Positions 42,241 through 52,003 of a stretch of DNA of 64,000 nt are shown here, in pieces. Position numbers and translations under genes: made by a program. Position 1 is the first letter of the stretch. Each line of letters opens with the position of its first letter. The stretch spans positions 224,001-288,000 of the forward strand of contig CAVSLC010000010.1 of assembly GCA_963728565.1 (NCBI GenBank), in the 5' to 3' direction. The DNA comes from an uncultured delta proteobacterium. Lineage in GTDB: Bacteria; Desulfobacterota; Binatia; UBA9968. Under the pieces are notes generated by a model that did no database searches, had not been told where the DNA came from, and saw nothing but the letters and a program-made list of their open reading frames with translations.

Positions 42241-42999
42241 ATGTTGGAGATTAAGAATCTCAGGGCCACGGTTGGCGAGCAGGAGATTCTCCGCGGAATC
42301 AATCTGAGCGTCGGCGCCGGGGAAGTGCACGGAATTATGGGACCGAATGGCTCAGGCAAGAGCACGCTGGCTCACGTGCTGTCGGGGCGCGAAAACTATC
42401 GAGTCACGGATGGTGAGATTCTTTACAACGGCAAAAATCTCTTGGAGATGAGTCCGGAGGAGAGAGCGCGCGAGGGAATTTTTCTGGCCTTTCAGTATCC
42501 CGTAGAGATTCCTGGAGTCAGCACCACTTATTTTCTTAAAGCTGCTTTGAATGCCGTACGCAAGCATCAAGGGCTAGATGAATTGGATGCAATGGAGTTT
42601 CTTTCGTTAATCAAAGAAAAAATGAAATTGGTCGAGATGGATCAAGCTCTGCTTAATCGGCCTCTGAATGAGGGATTCTCCGGCGGCGAGAAAAAACGCA
42701 ACGAGATTCTGCAAATGGCCGTACTGGACCCAAAGCTGGCGATTCTCGATGAAACCGATTCCGGACTCGACATCGACGCGCTGCGGATCGTCGCCGGCGG
42801 GGTCAATGCGTTACGAAAAAAAGACCGTGCGATGATCGTGATCACGCATTATCAACGTTTGTTGAACTATATCGTGCCAGATTATATTCACGTTCTCTAT
42901 GACGGGAGAATCGTCAAATCCGGCACGAAGGAACTAGCGCTTGAGCTTGAAGTTAAAGGCTACGACTGGATCAAGGCCGAAGCGGCGGCTGCGCATTAG
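42241..42999 (+). CDS. sufC: Fe-S assembly ATPase SufC
   Basis: [48 protein letters not shown]. Confidence 0.96.
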   Translation: MLEIKNLRATVGEQEILRGINLSVGAGEVHGIMGPNGSGKSTLAHVLSGRENYRVTDGEILYNGKNLLEMSPEERAREGIFLAFQYPVEIPGVSTTYFLKAALNAVRKHQGLDELDAMEFLSLIKEKMKLVEMDQALLNRPLNEGFSGGEKKRNEILQMAVLDPKLAILDETDSGLDIDALRIVAGGVNALRKKDRAMIVITHYQRLLNYIVPDYIHVLYDGRIVKSGTKELALELEVKGYDWIKAEAAAAH

Positions 43000-43019
43000 A
43001 CGGTTCGAGAAGTCAAGCA

Positions 43020-44339
43020 ATGGTCAATTCCCGCACCCAGCAATTCCTTTCTGCTTTTGAGCGGTTTCAACAGAAATCCGCGACAACGCCCGCATGGTTG
43101 AAGGACTTACGACGAACAGCGATCGACAGTTTCGTTCAATTGGGACTTCCGACCACACGTCATGAAGACTGGCGCTATACCAGCGTAGAGTCGATCGCCT
43201 CGACCAGTTTCGCGGCGGCTAACGGAGAAGCCAAACTGTTGCGCGCGGAAGATCTCTATGGACCGTCCTTCACCGACCCGGCTTACAATCGAATTGTCTT
43301 CGTCAATGGGGTCTTTTCCCCGCAATTTTCGTCCATCCGCGAGCTGCCGAGAGGCGTGCAGGCAAAAAATCTTGGGGCAATATTGGCGGCAAATGATTCA
43401 ACTCTCAGGCCTCATCTAACGCAAACTTCGGTGTCTCGCGAGCAGCCGTTCATTGCTTTGAATACGGCGTTTGCCGCAGAAGGCGCGTTCATATCGATTC
43501 CAAGAGGGCTCACGCTGGACGAACCGATCTATCTGGTTTTCTGTTCCTTCGGAAGCGCCAATCCGGTTATGTCGCACCCGCGGAATTTGATTGTTTTCGA
43601 AGCGGGAAGCCAAGCGCGTATCGTCGAAGCCTACATCGGTCTGGGCGACCAGCCGACTCTGACTAATGTCGTCACGGAGGTTGTTGGTGGAGCCGGGTCG
43701 GTCATCGATCATTACCGTCTGCAAAATGAATCGAGCTCCGGATATCTCATCGCCGCTCTGGAGGCGGATGTCGGCCGCGATTGCAGCTTTACGGCCCATT
43801 CCGTGACTCTCAACGGTGCACTCATCCGCAACGATATTCATGTGCTGCTTAACGGGGAAGGATCCGAATGTGTGTTAAACGGTCTTTACCTGCCCAGTGA
43901 CAAACAGCATGTCGACAATCACACCGAAATTGAACATGCCAAGCCGCGTGCCACTAGCCAGGAACTGTATAAGGGAATTCTCAGCGGTGCCGCCCACGCG
44001 GTGTTCAACGGCAAGATTCTCGTGCATAAAGACGCTCAGAAAACCGACGCTCGGCAGACCAATAGAAACTTGCTACTCTCTGAACATGCGGTAGTAAACA
44101 CCAAGCCGCAGCTGGAAATCCACGCCGATGATGTGAAGTGCAGCCACGGCTCGACAATTGGACAACTCGACAAAGATGCGCTTTTCTATCTCAGGTCCCG
44201 CGGCCTGGATAGAGCCGAGGCCCAGAGTCTTCTGAGCTACGCATTTGCCAGTGATCTCGTCGGGCGAGTGCGCATCGCACCGCTTCGGGCACGACTGGAT
44301 GAGTATATGCTTAAAAAGTTTAAACGGAGCCAAAGCTAA
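43020..44339 (+). CDS. sufD: Fe-S assembly protein SufD
   Basis: EDWRYT, AVFNGKI.V..DAQKTDA.Q.NRNLLLS, TKPQLEIHADDVKCSHG (SufD rather than SufB signature). Confidence 0.9.
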   Translation: MVNSRTQQFLSAFERFQQKSATTPAWLKDLRRTAIDSFVQLGLPTTRHEDWRYTSVESIASTSFAAANGEAKLLRAEDLYGPSFTDPAYNRIVFVNGVFSPQFSSIRELPRGVQAKNLGAILAANDSTLRPHLTQTSVSREQPFIALNTAFAAEGAFISIPRGLTLDEPIYLVFCSFGSANPVMSHPRNLIVFEAGSQARIVEAYIGLGDQPTLTNVVTEVVGGAGSVIDHYRLQNESSSGYLIAALEADVGRDCSFTAHSVTLNGALIRNDIHVLLNGEGSECVLNGLYLPSDKQHVDNHTEIEHAKPRATSQELYKGILSGAAHAVFNGKILVHKDAQKTDARQTNRNLLLSEHAVVNTKPQLEIHADDVKCSHGSTIGQLDKDALFYLRSRGLDRAEAQSLLSYAFASDLVGRVRIAPLRARLDEYMLKKFKRSQS

Positions 44340-44343
44340 GAAC

Positions 44344-45606
44344 ATGAAAGCTGCTCGGGAAAAACGGTTGCTGCAATCGGGCGCTGAGAGTTTCAACGTC
44401 GATAAGATTCGACGAGATTTTCCGATCCTCAAAGAGCGGGTTCATGGCAAGCCATTGGTTTATCTCGATAACGGCGCTACCAGTCAGAAGCCGCAGGTCG
44501 TCATCGACGCCCTGAATCGTTACTACAAGTCGGAAAACTCCAACATTCATCGTGGCGTGCATTATCTTAGCGAGCGGGCAACCGCAAATTATGAGGCGGC
44601 GCGAGAAAAGATCCGTCAGTTTATCAACGCTGAACGCGGGCACGAGATTATTTTCGTGCGAGGGACCACGGAAGCCATCAATCTGGTCGCGCAAAGCTAC
44701 GGAAGAAGCTTTCTAAAAGCTGGCGATGAAATCGTCATCTCAGCCATGGAGCATCATTCCAATATCGTTCCTTGGCAAATTTTATGCGGCCAAATCGGTG
44801 CGCGCCTGCGTGTCGTCCCGATCAATCATGATGGCGAGTTTGTTGTCGACGAATATCGCCGTCTGTTAAACGAGAACACTAAACTGGTCTCGCTGACGCA
44901 TGTCTCGAATGCTTTGGGAAGCATCGTACCTGTCAAAGAAGCTGTTCGGCTGGCGCATGAGCGAGCCGTCCCGGTGTTATTGGATGGCGCGCAAGCGGTG
45001 CCACATTTCAAAGTGGATGTTCAGGATATCGGCTGCGATTTTTACGCTTTTTCGGGCCATAAGCTTTTCGGACCCACCGGCGTCGGAGTGCTCTATGGAA
45101 AGGCCGAGCTGTTAGACGCTATGCCGCCTTATCAGGGTGGCGGGGATATGATCAGCTTGGTGACTTTCGAGAAGACTCACTACAATGTGCTACCCTATAA
45201 GTTTGAAGCGGGGACGCCGAACATCGCAGGCGGTATAGGATTGGGAGCGGCGATCGACTACTTGAACGGCTTTAACTGGGATGAGGTGTGCGCGCATGAA
45301 AGCGATCTGCTCGCATACGCAACCAATGCGCTGTCGGAGATTGAATCAATCCGGATAATCGGTTCAGCCAAGGACAAAGCCGGAGTTCTGTCATTTGTTT
45401 CCGATCATATCCACGCCCATGACGTCGGCACCATTCTCGACCAAGAAGGAGTCGCCATACGAGCCGGACATCATTGCGCCATGCCGGTGATGCAGCGATT
45501 CGGCGTGCCGGCAACGGCGCGCGCATCCTTTGCTTTCTACAACAATCGTGACGACGTGGACGCGCTGGTACGAGGAATTCATCGAGTGTTAAAGGTATTT
45601 AGTTAA
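44344..45606 (+). CDS. sufS: Cysteine desulfurase SufS
   Basis: YLDNGATSQKP, EHHSNIVPW, FSGHK, RAGHHCA. Confidence 0.96.
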   Translation: MKAAREKRLLQSGAESFNVDKIRRDFPILKERVHGKPLVYLDNGATSQKPQVVIDALNRYYKSENSNIHRGVHYLSERATANYEAAREKIRQFINAERGHEIIFVRGTTEAINLVAQSYGRSFLKAGDEIVISAMEHHSNIVPWQILCGQIGARLRVVPINHDGEFVVDEYRRLLNENTKLVSLTHVSNALGSIVPVKEAVRLAHERAVPVLLDGAQAVPHFKVDVQDIGCDFYAFSGHKLFGPTGVGVLYGKAELLDAMPPYQGGGDMISLVTFEKTHYNVLPYKFEAGTPNIAGGIGLGAAIDYLNGFNWDEVCAHESDLLAYATNALSEIESIRIIGSAKDKAGVLSFVSDHIHAHDVGTILDQEGVAIRAGHHCAMPVMQRFGVPATARASFAFYNNRDDVDALVRGIHRVLKVFS

Positions 45607-46061
45607 TGTCAGAATTGGATGAGCTTTACCAAGAAGTGATCTTGGATCACAACAAGAGTCCACGCAACTTCCGTGAAATAGTGGATGCCAATCGCCGATC
45701 CGAAGGCTACAACCCTCTGTGCGGCGACCACGTGACGGTCTTTGTGAACTTGGCAGAGGGAGTGATTCGGGACATCAGCTTCAAGGGATCCGGGTGCGCC
45801 ATCTCCAAGGCATCGGCTTCATTGATGACTACCGAGCTGAAGGGCAAGTCGGAGGCTGAAGCGGAAAGAGTGTTTGACACTGTCCACAAGATGCTTACGG
45901 GTGAGATCGGTGTGGAGGAGAGCGATCTTGAACGCCTCGGTAAACTAAAGATATTGTCGGGAGTATGCAAATTCCCGGCGCGAGTGAAATGCGCCAGTTT
46001 GGCTTGGCATACTATGAATGCGGCATTGAAGGGAAGCGACAAGGTTGCTTCAACAGAGTGA
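45606..46061 (+). CDS. sufU: SufU (NifU/IscU-like) protein
   Basis: LYQEVILDH, NPLCGD, GSGCAIS.ASAS, RVKCA. Confidence 0.94.
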   Translation: MSELDELYQEVILDHNKSPRNFREIVDANRRSEGYNPLCGDHVTVFVNLAEGVIRDISFKGSGCAISKASASLMTTELKGKSEAEAERVFDTVHKMLTGEIGVEESDLERLGKLKILSGVCKFPARVKCASLAWHTMNAALKGSDKVASTE

Positions 46062-46089
46062 TGCTGCAGGGCGCAGGAGGGCGGACGGC

Positions 46090-46644
46090 ATGCAACCTGA
46101 AAAACCCATTACCGTCAAGCGCGACTGTGATGTGCTGATGGTCCCAAGCGGAGAAAAGTTGAAGTTGGTCTCCGGTAGCACAGTATGGCTAACTCAGTCT
46201 CTAGGCGGCAGTTATACGGTAATGACCGACCGGGGTTATACGGTTCGTGTCGAGGGAAAAGACGCCGATGCTATCGGGCTGGAGCCGGTACTGGATGGAC
46301 AATCCCGCCAGGATTATTTGGCGAATGATATCGAAGCAGTCGAGAGCCGAGTCTGGGAACAGTTAAGATCCTGTTTTGATCCCGAGATCCCAGTCAATAT
46401 TGTCGAGCTAGGACTGATCTATGACTGCGCGGTGACCCCTATAGAAGGCGCTTATCGGGTCAGCGTTAAATTCACGCTGACCGCTCGCGGATGTGGCATG
46501 GGTGAGGTTTTGAAGCGAGACATCGCGACGAAGTTGCTAGCAATTCCAGGGGTGCGCGAGGCCGATGTCGAGTTGGTCTGGGATCCGCCCTGGAGCCAAA
46601 GCCGTATCTCTGCAGCTGCGAAACTGCAATTGGGCATGGCATAG
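46090..46644 (+). CDS. sufT: SufT, two-domain DUF59 Fe-S assembly protein
   Basis: N-domain RDC...VPSGE...TQSLGGSYTV; DPEIPVNIVELGLIY, TLTARGCGMG, WDPPW. Confidence 0.88.
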   Translation: MQPEKPITVKRDCDVLMVPSGEKLKLVSGSTVWLTQSLGGSYTVMTDRGYTVRVEGKDADAIGLEPVLDGQSRQDYLANDIEAVESRVWEQLRSCFDPEIPVNIVELGLIYDCAVTPIEGAYRVSVKFTLTARGCGMGEVLKRDIATKLLAIPGVREADVELVWDPPWSQSRISAAAKLQLGMA

Positions 46645-46674
46645 CGACCGTCGCGACTAAAGCGGGAGTAAACT

Positions 46675-46995
46675 ATGGAAAGTATCAACCAGCTGGTTAT
46701 TGAAAGCGAAGTCCTGGAGGCGCTAAGAACCTGTTTTGACCCCGAAATTCCAGTTAACATCTACGAGTTGGGGCTAATTTACAACGTCAACGTTGAAGAG
46801 GGTGGCGCGGTAACAATCACCATGACTCTGACTTCGCCTCACTGTCCCGCCGCCCAATCTATGCCAGCCGAAATTGAAGAGAAGGTCAAGGCTGTTTCCG
46901 GGGTGAGTGACGTCAAAATTGACCTGGTGTGGGATCCGCCATGGGATCCAAGCAAGATGTCTGAGGCGGCCCGGCTTCAGCTTGGGATGATGTAG
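46675..46995 (+). CDS. Single-domain DUF59 Fe-S assembly protein
   Basis: DPEIPVNIYELGLIY, MTLTSPHCP, WDPPWDPSKMSE. Confidence 0.92.
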   Translation: MESINQLVIESEVLEALRTCFDPEIPVNIYELGLIYNVNVEEGGAVTITMTLTSPHCPAAQSMPAEIEEKVKAVSGVSDVKIDLVWDPPWDPSKMSEAARLQLGMM

Positions 46996-47032
46996 GCGCC
47001 CGGCAGCGAGCTTTTATAATCAAAATCGACCT

Positions 47033-47440
47033 ATGGAGAATCTCTTCGTCCAGCTCGGCGGCGAGCTCAAACTCAGAAAAATTGTCGACACATTCATCGA
47101 GCGGGTTTTTGCCGATCGGATGATCGGGTTTTTCTTTCGCAAAGCCGACAAAGACCGTATCAAGGAGATGGAATATCAACTTGCGGCCAGTTTCTTAGGA
47201 GCCAGCGTAGAATACCAGGGACGACCGTTGGATCGGGCGCATGCCCGGCACCCAATCATGGGAGGTCATTTCGCGCGGCGCAAGCAGATTTTAAAAGAGA
47301 CCCTGGAGTTGTATGAGGTTGCCGAGAACATCAAAGAGGCATGGTTAAAACATACAGAAGATCTCCGGCCTCTAATTACAGGTCAGGGCGGTTCCGGGTG
47401 CGATCCCATCGACGCGCGCCGCAAGGCAACCGGCTCCTGA
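47033..47440 (+). CDS. Group I truncated (2/2) haemoglobin
   Basis: LF.QLGG, VD.F..RV.AD, FF, LG...Y.GR.L..AH (proximal His), HF. Confidence 0.82.
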   Translation: MENLFVQLGGELKLRKIVDTFIERVFADRMIGFFFRKADKDRIKEMEYQLAASFLGASVEYQGRPLDRAHARHPIMGGHFARRKQILKETLELYEVAENIKEAWLKHTEDLRPLITGQGGSGCDPIDARRKATGS

Positions 47441-47537
47441 AACTCTCCCTTTCCCTCGCCATTCCGGTTGTGATCTCTTATAACCTTGTGTTATTAGTAA
47501 TCAATCCGGCTACGGTATTCATCAGGAATATTCCTTA

Positions 47538-48401
47538 GTGAAATTAGCTGACCTTTATGCCCAGCCCGGGTTAACACTCTCAGTTGAATTTTTTCCTCCA
47601 AAAACAGACAAAGGCGAGGAAGCCCTCTTCGGCGAGATCGAATTAATCAAATCGCTGAGACCCGCTTTTTGTTCTGTGACATACGGGGCTGGCGGAAGCA
47701 CGCGCGAAAAAACCGTCGATCTCGTGGATCGAATTCATCGCGAGTGCGGTCTCGAAACGATGTGCCATTTGACCGTGGTTGGCCAGTCAAAGGATGATGC
47801 TCGCGGAGTCCTCAGGCGCCTGCAGGAAAAAGGTTTGGAAAATGTCCTGGCTCTGGGTGGGGATCCTCCGGCGGGTATGGCGAATTGGCAGCCGCATCCG
47901 GATGGTTTCCAGCATGCCGTAGAACTGGTTCGAGAGGCCATTTCTTTCGGCTACTTCTCGGTTGCCGTGGCAGGCTTTCCCGAGATTCATCCGCGAGCTA
48001 AAAGCAGGGCCTCCGATCTGGGTTACCTGAAGGAAAAAATTGACGCTGGGGCTCAAGCGATCATCACCCAATTATTCTTCGATAACGATCAATATTATCG
48101 CTATTTCGAAGATGTCAGAAAACTAGGGATCCAGGTGCCGATCATTCCGGGCGTTCTGCCGATTGTTTCCGCTCCCCAGATCCGCCGCTTTACCGCTTTA
48201 TGTTGCGCGCGAATTCCACCGCAGTTGGAGCAAGCGTTGAGCAAAGTTGAAAACGACGATAATGCGGCAATTCAACTCGGAATCGAATATGCGACACGTC
48301 AATGCGAGGCGTTGATCCAGTTCGGCGTTACAGGGCTTCATTTCTACTCCTTGAATAAATCGCATTCAGTTGCCGCGATCTGCGGTAATCTCGGAATTTA
48401 G
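47538..48401 (+). CDS. metF: 5,10-methylenetetrahydrofolate reductase
   Basis: SVEFFPPKT, SVTYGAGGST, HLT, FPEIHP, ITQLFFD, LHFYSLN. Confidence 0.95.
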   Translation: MKLADLYAQPGLTLSVEFFPPKTDKGEEALFGEIELIKSLRPAFCSVTYGAGGSTREKTVDLVDRIHRECGLETMCHLTVVGQSKDDARGVLRRLQEKGLENVLALGGDPPAGMANWQPHPDGFQHAVELVREAISFGYFSVAVAGFPEIHPRAKSRASDLGYLKEKIDAGAQAIITQLFFDNDQYYRYFEDVRKLGIQVPIIPGVLPIVSAPQIRRFTALCCARIPPQLEQALSKVENDDNAAIQLGIEYATRQCEALIQFGVTGLHFYSLNKSHSVAAICGNLGI

Positions 48402-48463
48402 AGCTCTCTGCTGACTTCCTCGTTGAATTCAACGTTTGCCGATAGTACGTTTCACAGATACCG

Positions 48464-49969
48464 ATGTCGACGTCCGAAAAAGAACTTGTAGAAGAGACCG
48501 GCGAGCAAATTGAAGTGCGCCGGCAGAAGCTCGCAAAACTCAGGGAAGCCGGTCACGAAATCTACCCCAATGACTTTCGACCCAATCACACCACAGCGGA
48601 AGTCATATCCAAGTTCAACGAGTGCAGCGAGGAAGATCTCCCGACCCTGGCAACAGATATCATCTTGGCCGGGCGCATCATGGGCATACGTAAGTTCGGC
48701 AAGGCTTCGTTCTTTCACCTTCAGGATCGTAGAGGCAGGCTGCAAGTCTACGCGCGCAAAGATCGTCTCGGCGACGAGGGATATGCTTTGTTCCAGTCGT
48801 TTGACGTCGGCGACATAGTCGGCGTATCGGGCCATCTCTTTCGCACCAAAACAAAGGAATTGACCCTCGAAGCTGAAAGCGTCCGACTGCTGGCGAAATG
48901 TCTCCGGCCTTTGCCGGAAAAATGGCATGGTTTAGCCGATGTTGAGGCGAGATACCGCCAGCGCTACGTCGATCTAATGGTCAACCCCGAAGTGCGGGAT
49001 GTCTTCGAGACGCGCTCTCGGATCCTCCGTTTAGTGCGGAAGTTTTTTGAGCAGCGAGATTTTCTCGAAGTGGAAACTCCAATGATGCAGGCAATTCCCG
49101 GGGGAGCCGCCGCCCGGCCGTTTACCACTCATCATAACGCCCTCGATCTTGAACTATTCCTGCGGATTGCCCCCGAGTTGTTTTTAAAGCGCCTGCTGGT
49201 GGGCGGTATTGAAAGAGTTTTTGAGCTCAACCGCAATTTCCGCAACGAAGGAATTTCGGTGCGGCATAATCCTGAATTTACCATGCTGGAATTTTATCAG
49301 GCCTACGCAACATTCGAAGATCTCATGCGTCTAACGGAAGAATTATTTGTCTCGCTTGCCAATGAGGTGGCCGGCAGCCTTCAGATTCCTTACGGAGAGC
49401 ACCTCATCGATCTGACGCCGCCCTGGCAAAGCATGACGATTGCCGCTGCCATCGCGCTCTATGGTAGCGTCGAGACAAAAGAAATTGCCACTATCGATGG
49501 GTTGAAAAGCTTCGCAAAGAGTCAGGGTTTGCAGATAGATGTCAATGCTCCTTATGGCACTTTGTTAGTTGAAGTTTTCGAAGAGGTGGCGGAGGTGAAA
49601 ATAATCCAGCCGACATTTATTTCCGGATATCCCATTGAAGTCTCTCCCCTGGCCCGCAAGAACGACAACAATCCTGCGTTAGTGGATCGATTTGAGCTAT
49701 TTATCGCCGGGCGCGAGCTGGCCAATGCCTTCTCCGAGTTGAACGATCCGGCGGATCAGCGGCGGCGGTTTGTCGAACAGATGAAGGCGCGCGCCGCGGG
49801 AGATGATACCGCCAATCCAATCGACGAAGATTATCTGCGCGCGCTTGAATATGGGATGCCGCCGGCCGCGGGTGAAGGCATCGGCATCGACCGGCTGGTG
49901 ATGTTTTTCACCAATTCGGCCTCTATCCGTGACGTTATCTTATTTCCATTGCTCCGTCCGCAGCGCTAG
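48464..49969 (+). CDS. lysS: Lysine--tRNA ligase (class II)
   Basis: LPEKWHGL, RYRQRYVDL, GGAAARPF, FRNEGIS.RHNPEF, GMPPAAGEGIGIDRL. Confidence 0.97.
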   Translation: MSTSEKELVEETGEQIEVRRQKLAKLREAGHEIYPNDFRPNHTTAEVISKFNECSEEDLPTLATDIILAGRIMGIRKFGKASFFHLQDRRGRLQVYARKDRLGDEGYALFQSFDVGDIVGVSGHLFRTKTKELTLEAESVRLLAKCLRPLPEKWHGLADVEARYRQRYVDLMVNPEVRDVFETRSRILRLVRKFFEQRDFLEVETPMMQAIPGGAAARPFTTHHNALDLELFLRIAPELFLKRLLVGGIERVFELNRNFRNEGISVRHNPEFTMLEFYQAYATFEDLMRLTEELFVSLANEVAGSLQIPYGEHLIDLTPPWQSMTIAAAIALYGSVETKEIATIDGLKSFAKSQGLQIDVNAPYGTLLVEVFEEVAEVKIIQPTFISGYPIEVSPLARKNDNNPALVDRFELFIAGRELANAFSELNDPADQRRRFVEQMKARAAGDDTANPIDEDYLRALEYGMPPAAGEGIGIDRLVMFFTNSASIRDVILFPLLRPQR

Positions 49970-49994
49970 CCCGCCCGAGCCAATTTATCCGAGC

Positions 49995-51242
49995 ATGAAT
50001 TACGAGCTTTTCATTGGTCTCAGGTATCTGAGAGCTCGCCGACAAGAAACCTTCATCTCGCTGATCACGGTTATTTCCGTGCTTGGCGTTATGATCGGCG
50101 TGATGACTTTGAACGTGGTCATGGCGGTCATGACGGGGTTCGAGGAAACACTGCGCGATCGCTTGCTCGGGATCAACGCACATATCGCTTTGCTGAAGTC
50201 CGGCGATCAGCTTTCGGAATACGAAGAGCTAGTCCAGCAAGTGGTCAAGCAGGAGGGTGTAGTCGCCGCCTCGCCGGCGATTTACGGCCAAGTGATGTTG
50301 ACGTCCGGCTCACGGGTTTCGGGAGTGGTTGTTCGTGGTGTCGATCCGGACCGTGTCAATGCCGTTGTCGATTTGCAGCGCTACATGAAACAAGGAAGCA
50401 TCGCCGGCCTCAAGCAGCAGAATCCGGTTCAGGTGCAAGATCGCACCATCATGCTGCCTGGCGTGATCATGGGCGAGCGGCTGGCGGCTCAGCTCGGGGT
50501 CTTTGTCGGTAGTCCGATTCAGGTGGTCTCTCCGCTTGGAAGTCCGACAGCCATCGGCGTTATTCCAAAAGTGCGCCGGTTTGTCATCACCGGGCTCTTG
50601 AATACCGGAATGAGTGAGATTGACTCGACCCTGGTGTTTATGGGACTTGCCGACGCGCAAAAATTTTTCGAGCTTGGCGATGCGGTCAGCAACATAGAAA
50701 TCCGGGTCGATGACGTCAATCAATCGCGCGCGATTGCCGATCGGATTCAGCTACAATTGGGATTTCCCTATCTTACGGAAGATTGGACCCGGCTATGGCC
50801 GAACCTGTTTTCCGCGCTGCAGTTGGAAAAGACCGTCTATTTTTTGGTGTTGCTGTTGATGGTTCTGATCGGCGCTTTTAACATCATTTCGACCCTAGTC
50901 ATGGTGGTGATGGAAAAACGGAAGGATATTGCGATCTTGATGTCGATGGGTGCGACCCGAGCCAGCATCCGAAAGATCTTTTTGCTCAAGGGATTTATCA
51001 TTGGCATTGTCGGCACGACGTTGGGCCTGCTTCTTGGCCTTCTGGTCTGCACATTGATCGCCCAGTACCGGTTTGAGCTGCCCAAAGACGTGTTCTTGAT
51101 CTCCACAGTTCCGGTGCGGATTTATTTTAGTAATTTTATGATCGTGACCGTGGCATCATTCTTTGTGTGTTTGCTCGCCAGCATTTATCCGGCTCGGCAA
51201 GCCGCCAAACTGGATCCGGTCGAGATCATCCGTTATGAGTAG
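49995..51242 (+). CDS. lolE: Lipoprotein-releasing ABC permease LolC/E
   Basis: ELFIGLRYL, VMTGFE, EKRKDIAIL.SMGA, YPARQAAKLDP. Confidence 0.92.
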   Translation: MNYELFIGLRYLRARRQETFISLITVISVLGVMIGVMTLNVVMAVMTGFEETLRDRLLGINAHIALLKSGDQLSEYEELVQQVVKQEGVVAASPAIYGQVMLTSGSRVSGVVVRGVDPDRVNAVVDLQRYMKQGSIAGLKQQNPVQVQDRTIMLPGVIMGERLAAQLGVFVGSPIQVVSPLGSPTAIGVIPKVRRFVITGLLNTGMSEIDSTLVFMGLADAQKFFELGDAVSNIEIRVDDVNQSRAIADRIQLQLGFPYLTEDWTRLWPNLFSALQLEKTVYFLVLLLMVLIGAFNIISTLVMVVMEKRKDIAILMSMGATRASIRKIFLLKGFIIGIVGTTLGLLLGLLVCTLIAQYRFELPKDVFLISTVPVRIYFSNFMIVTVASFFVCLLASIYPARQAAKLDPVEIIRYE

Positions 51243-51924
51243 TCTCCTGTCCGCGCGCGACATCGATAAATCCTACAGCGAAGGAGGAAGGGAAATCGTC
51301 GTGCTGCGTCACTTGAGCCTGGAGTTGCAAACCTCCGAGCGGTTGGCGATTGTCGGAGAATCCGGTGTCGGTAAAAGCACGCTTTTGCATATACTGGGGA
51401 CTCTGGACCGGCCGACCAGCGGACGAATCATTTATTCGGGCAAGGAGTTACCATTGGACGACGAGGCCGCCGTCTCTGCTTTCCGCAATCGAGAGATCGG
51501 TTTTGTTTTCCAGTTCCATTACTTGTTGCCGGATTTTTCAGCTCTCGAGAACGTCATGCTGCCGGCGCTGATCCAAGGGATGTCGCCGGCGCAGGCCCGG
51601 GAGCAGGCGGAGGATCTCCTCGAATCCGTCGGACTCAAAGAGCGAATGAGCCATCGCCCTGGTAAACTATCCGGAGGCGAGCAGCAGCGGGTATCGGTGG
51701 CGCGATCGGTGATTCTCCAGCCCAAACTGATTCTCGCCGACGAACCGACGGGGTCATTGGACTTTCGCATCGGGCAGGAGGTGCATGACCTGCTTTTTCA
51801 GCTCAATGAACAGCGCGGGGTCGCGCTGATTATCGCAACGCACAACCGTGACTTCGCTGAAAAGATCGGTCGGCAGTTGGAGTTGCGTGATGGCCAGTTG
51901 TTCCCGGTCACTCACTGCGGTTGA
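51235..51924 (+). CDS. lolD: Lipoprotein-releasing ABC ATPase LolD
   Basis: GESGVGKST, FQFHYLLPDFSALENV, LSGGEQQR, ADEPTG. Confidence 0.93.
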   Translation: MSSLLSARDIDKSYSEGGREIVVLRHLSLELQTSERLAIVGESGVGKSTLLHILGTLDRPTSGRIIYSGKELPLDDEAAVSAFRNREIGFVFQFHYLLPDFSALENVMLPALIQGMSPAQAREQAEDLLESVGLKERMSHRPGKLSGGEQQRVSVARSVILQPKLILADEPTGSLDFRIGQEVHDLLFQLNEQRGVALIIATHNRDFAEKIGRQLELRDGQLFPVTHCG

Positions 51925-52003
51925 TTTAGCTTTACAAGATCAGGCAAATTTGCTAAAAAATTCAGCATTGTCATCCCTCCAAAGAGGTCTTGCCCCGGGC
52001 AGA

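Noticed and set aside
43020-44339. Calling this gene sufB
   Set aside because: Carries SufD motifs (AQKTDA, KPQLEI.ADDVKCSHG) and lacks SufB-type HEA and YSTVQNW motifs
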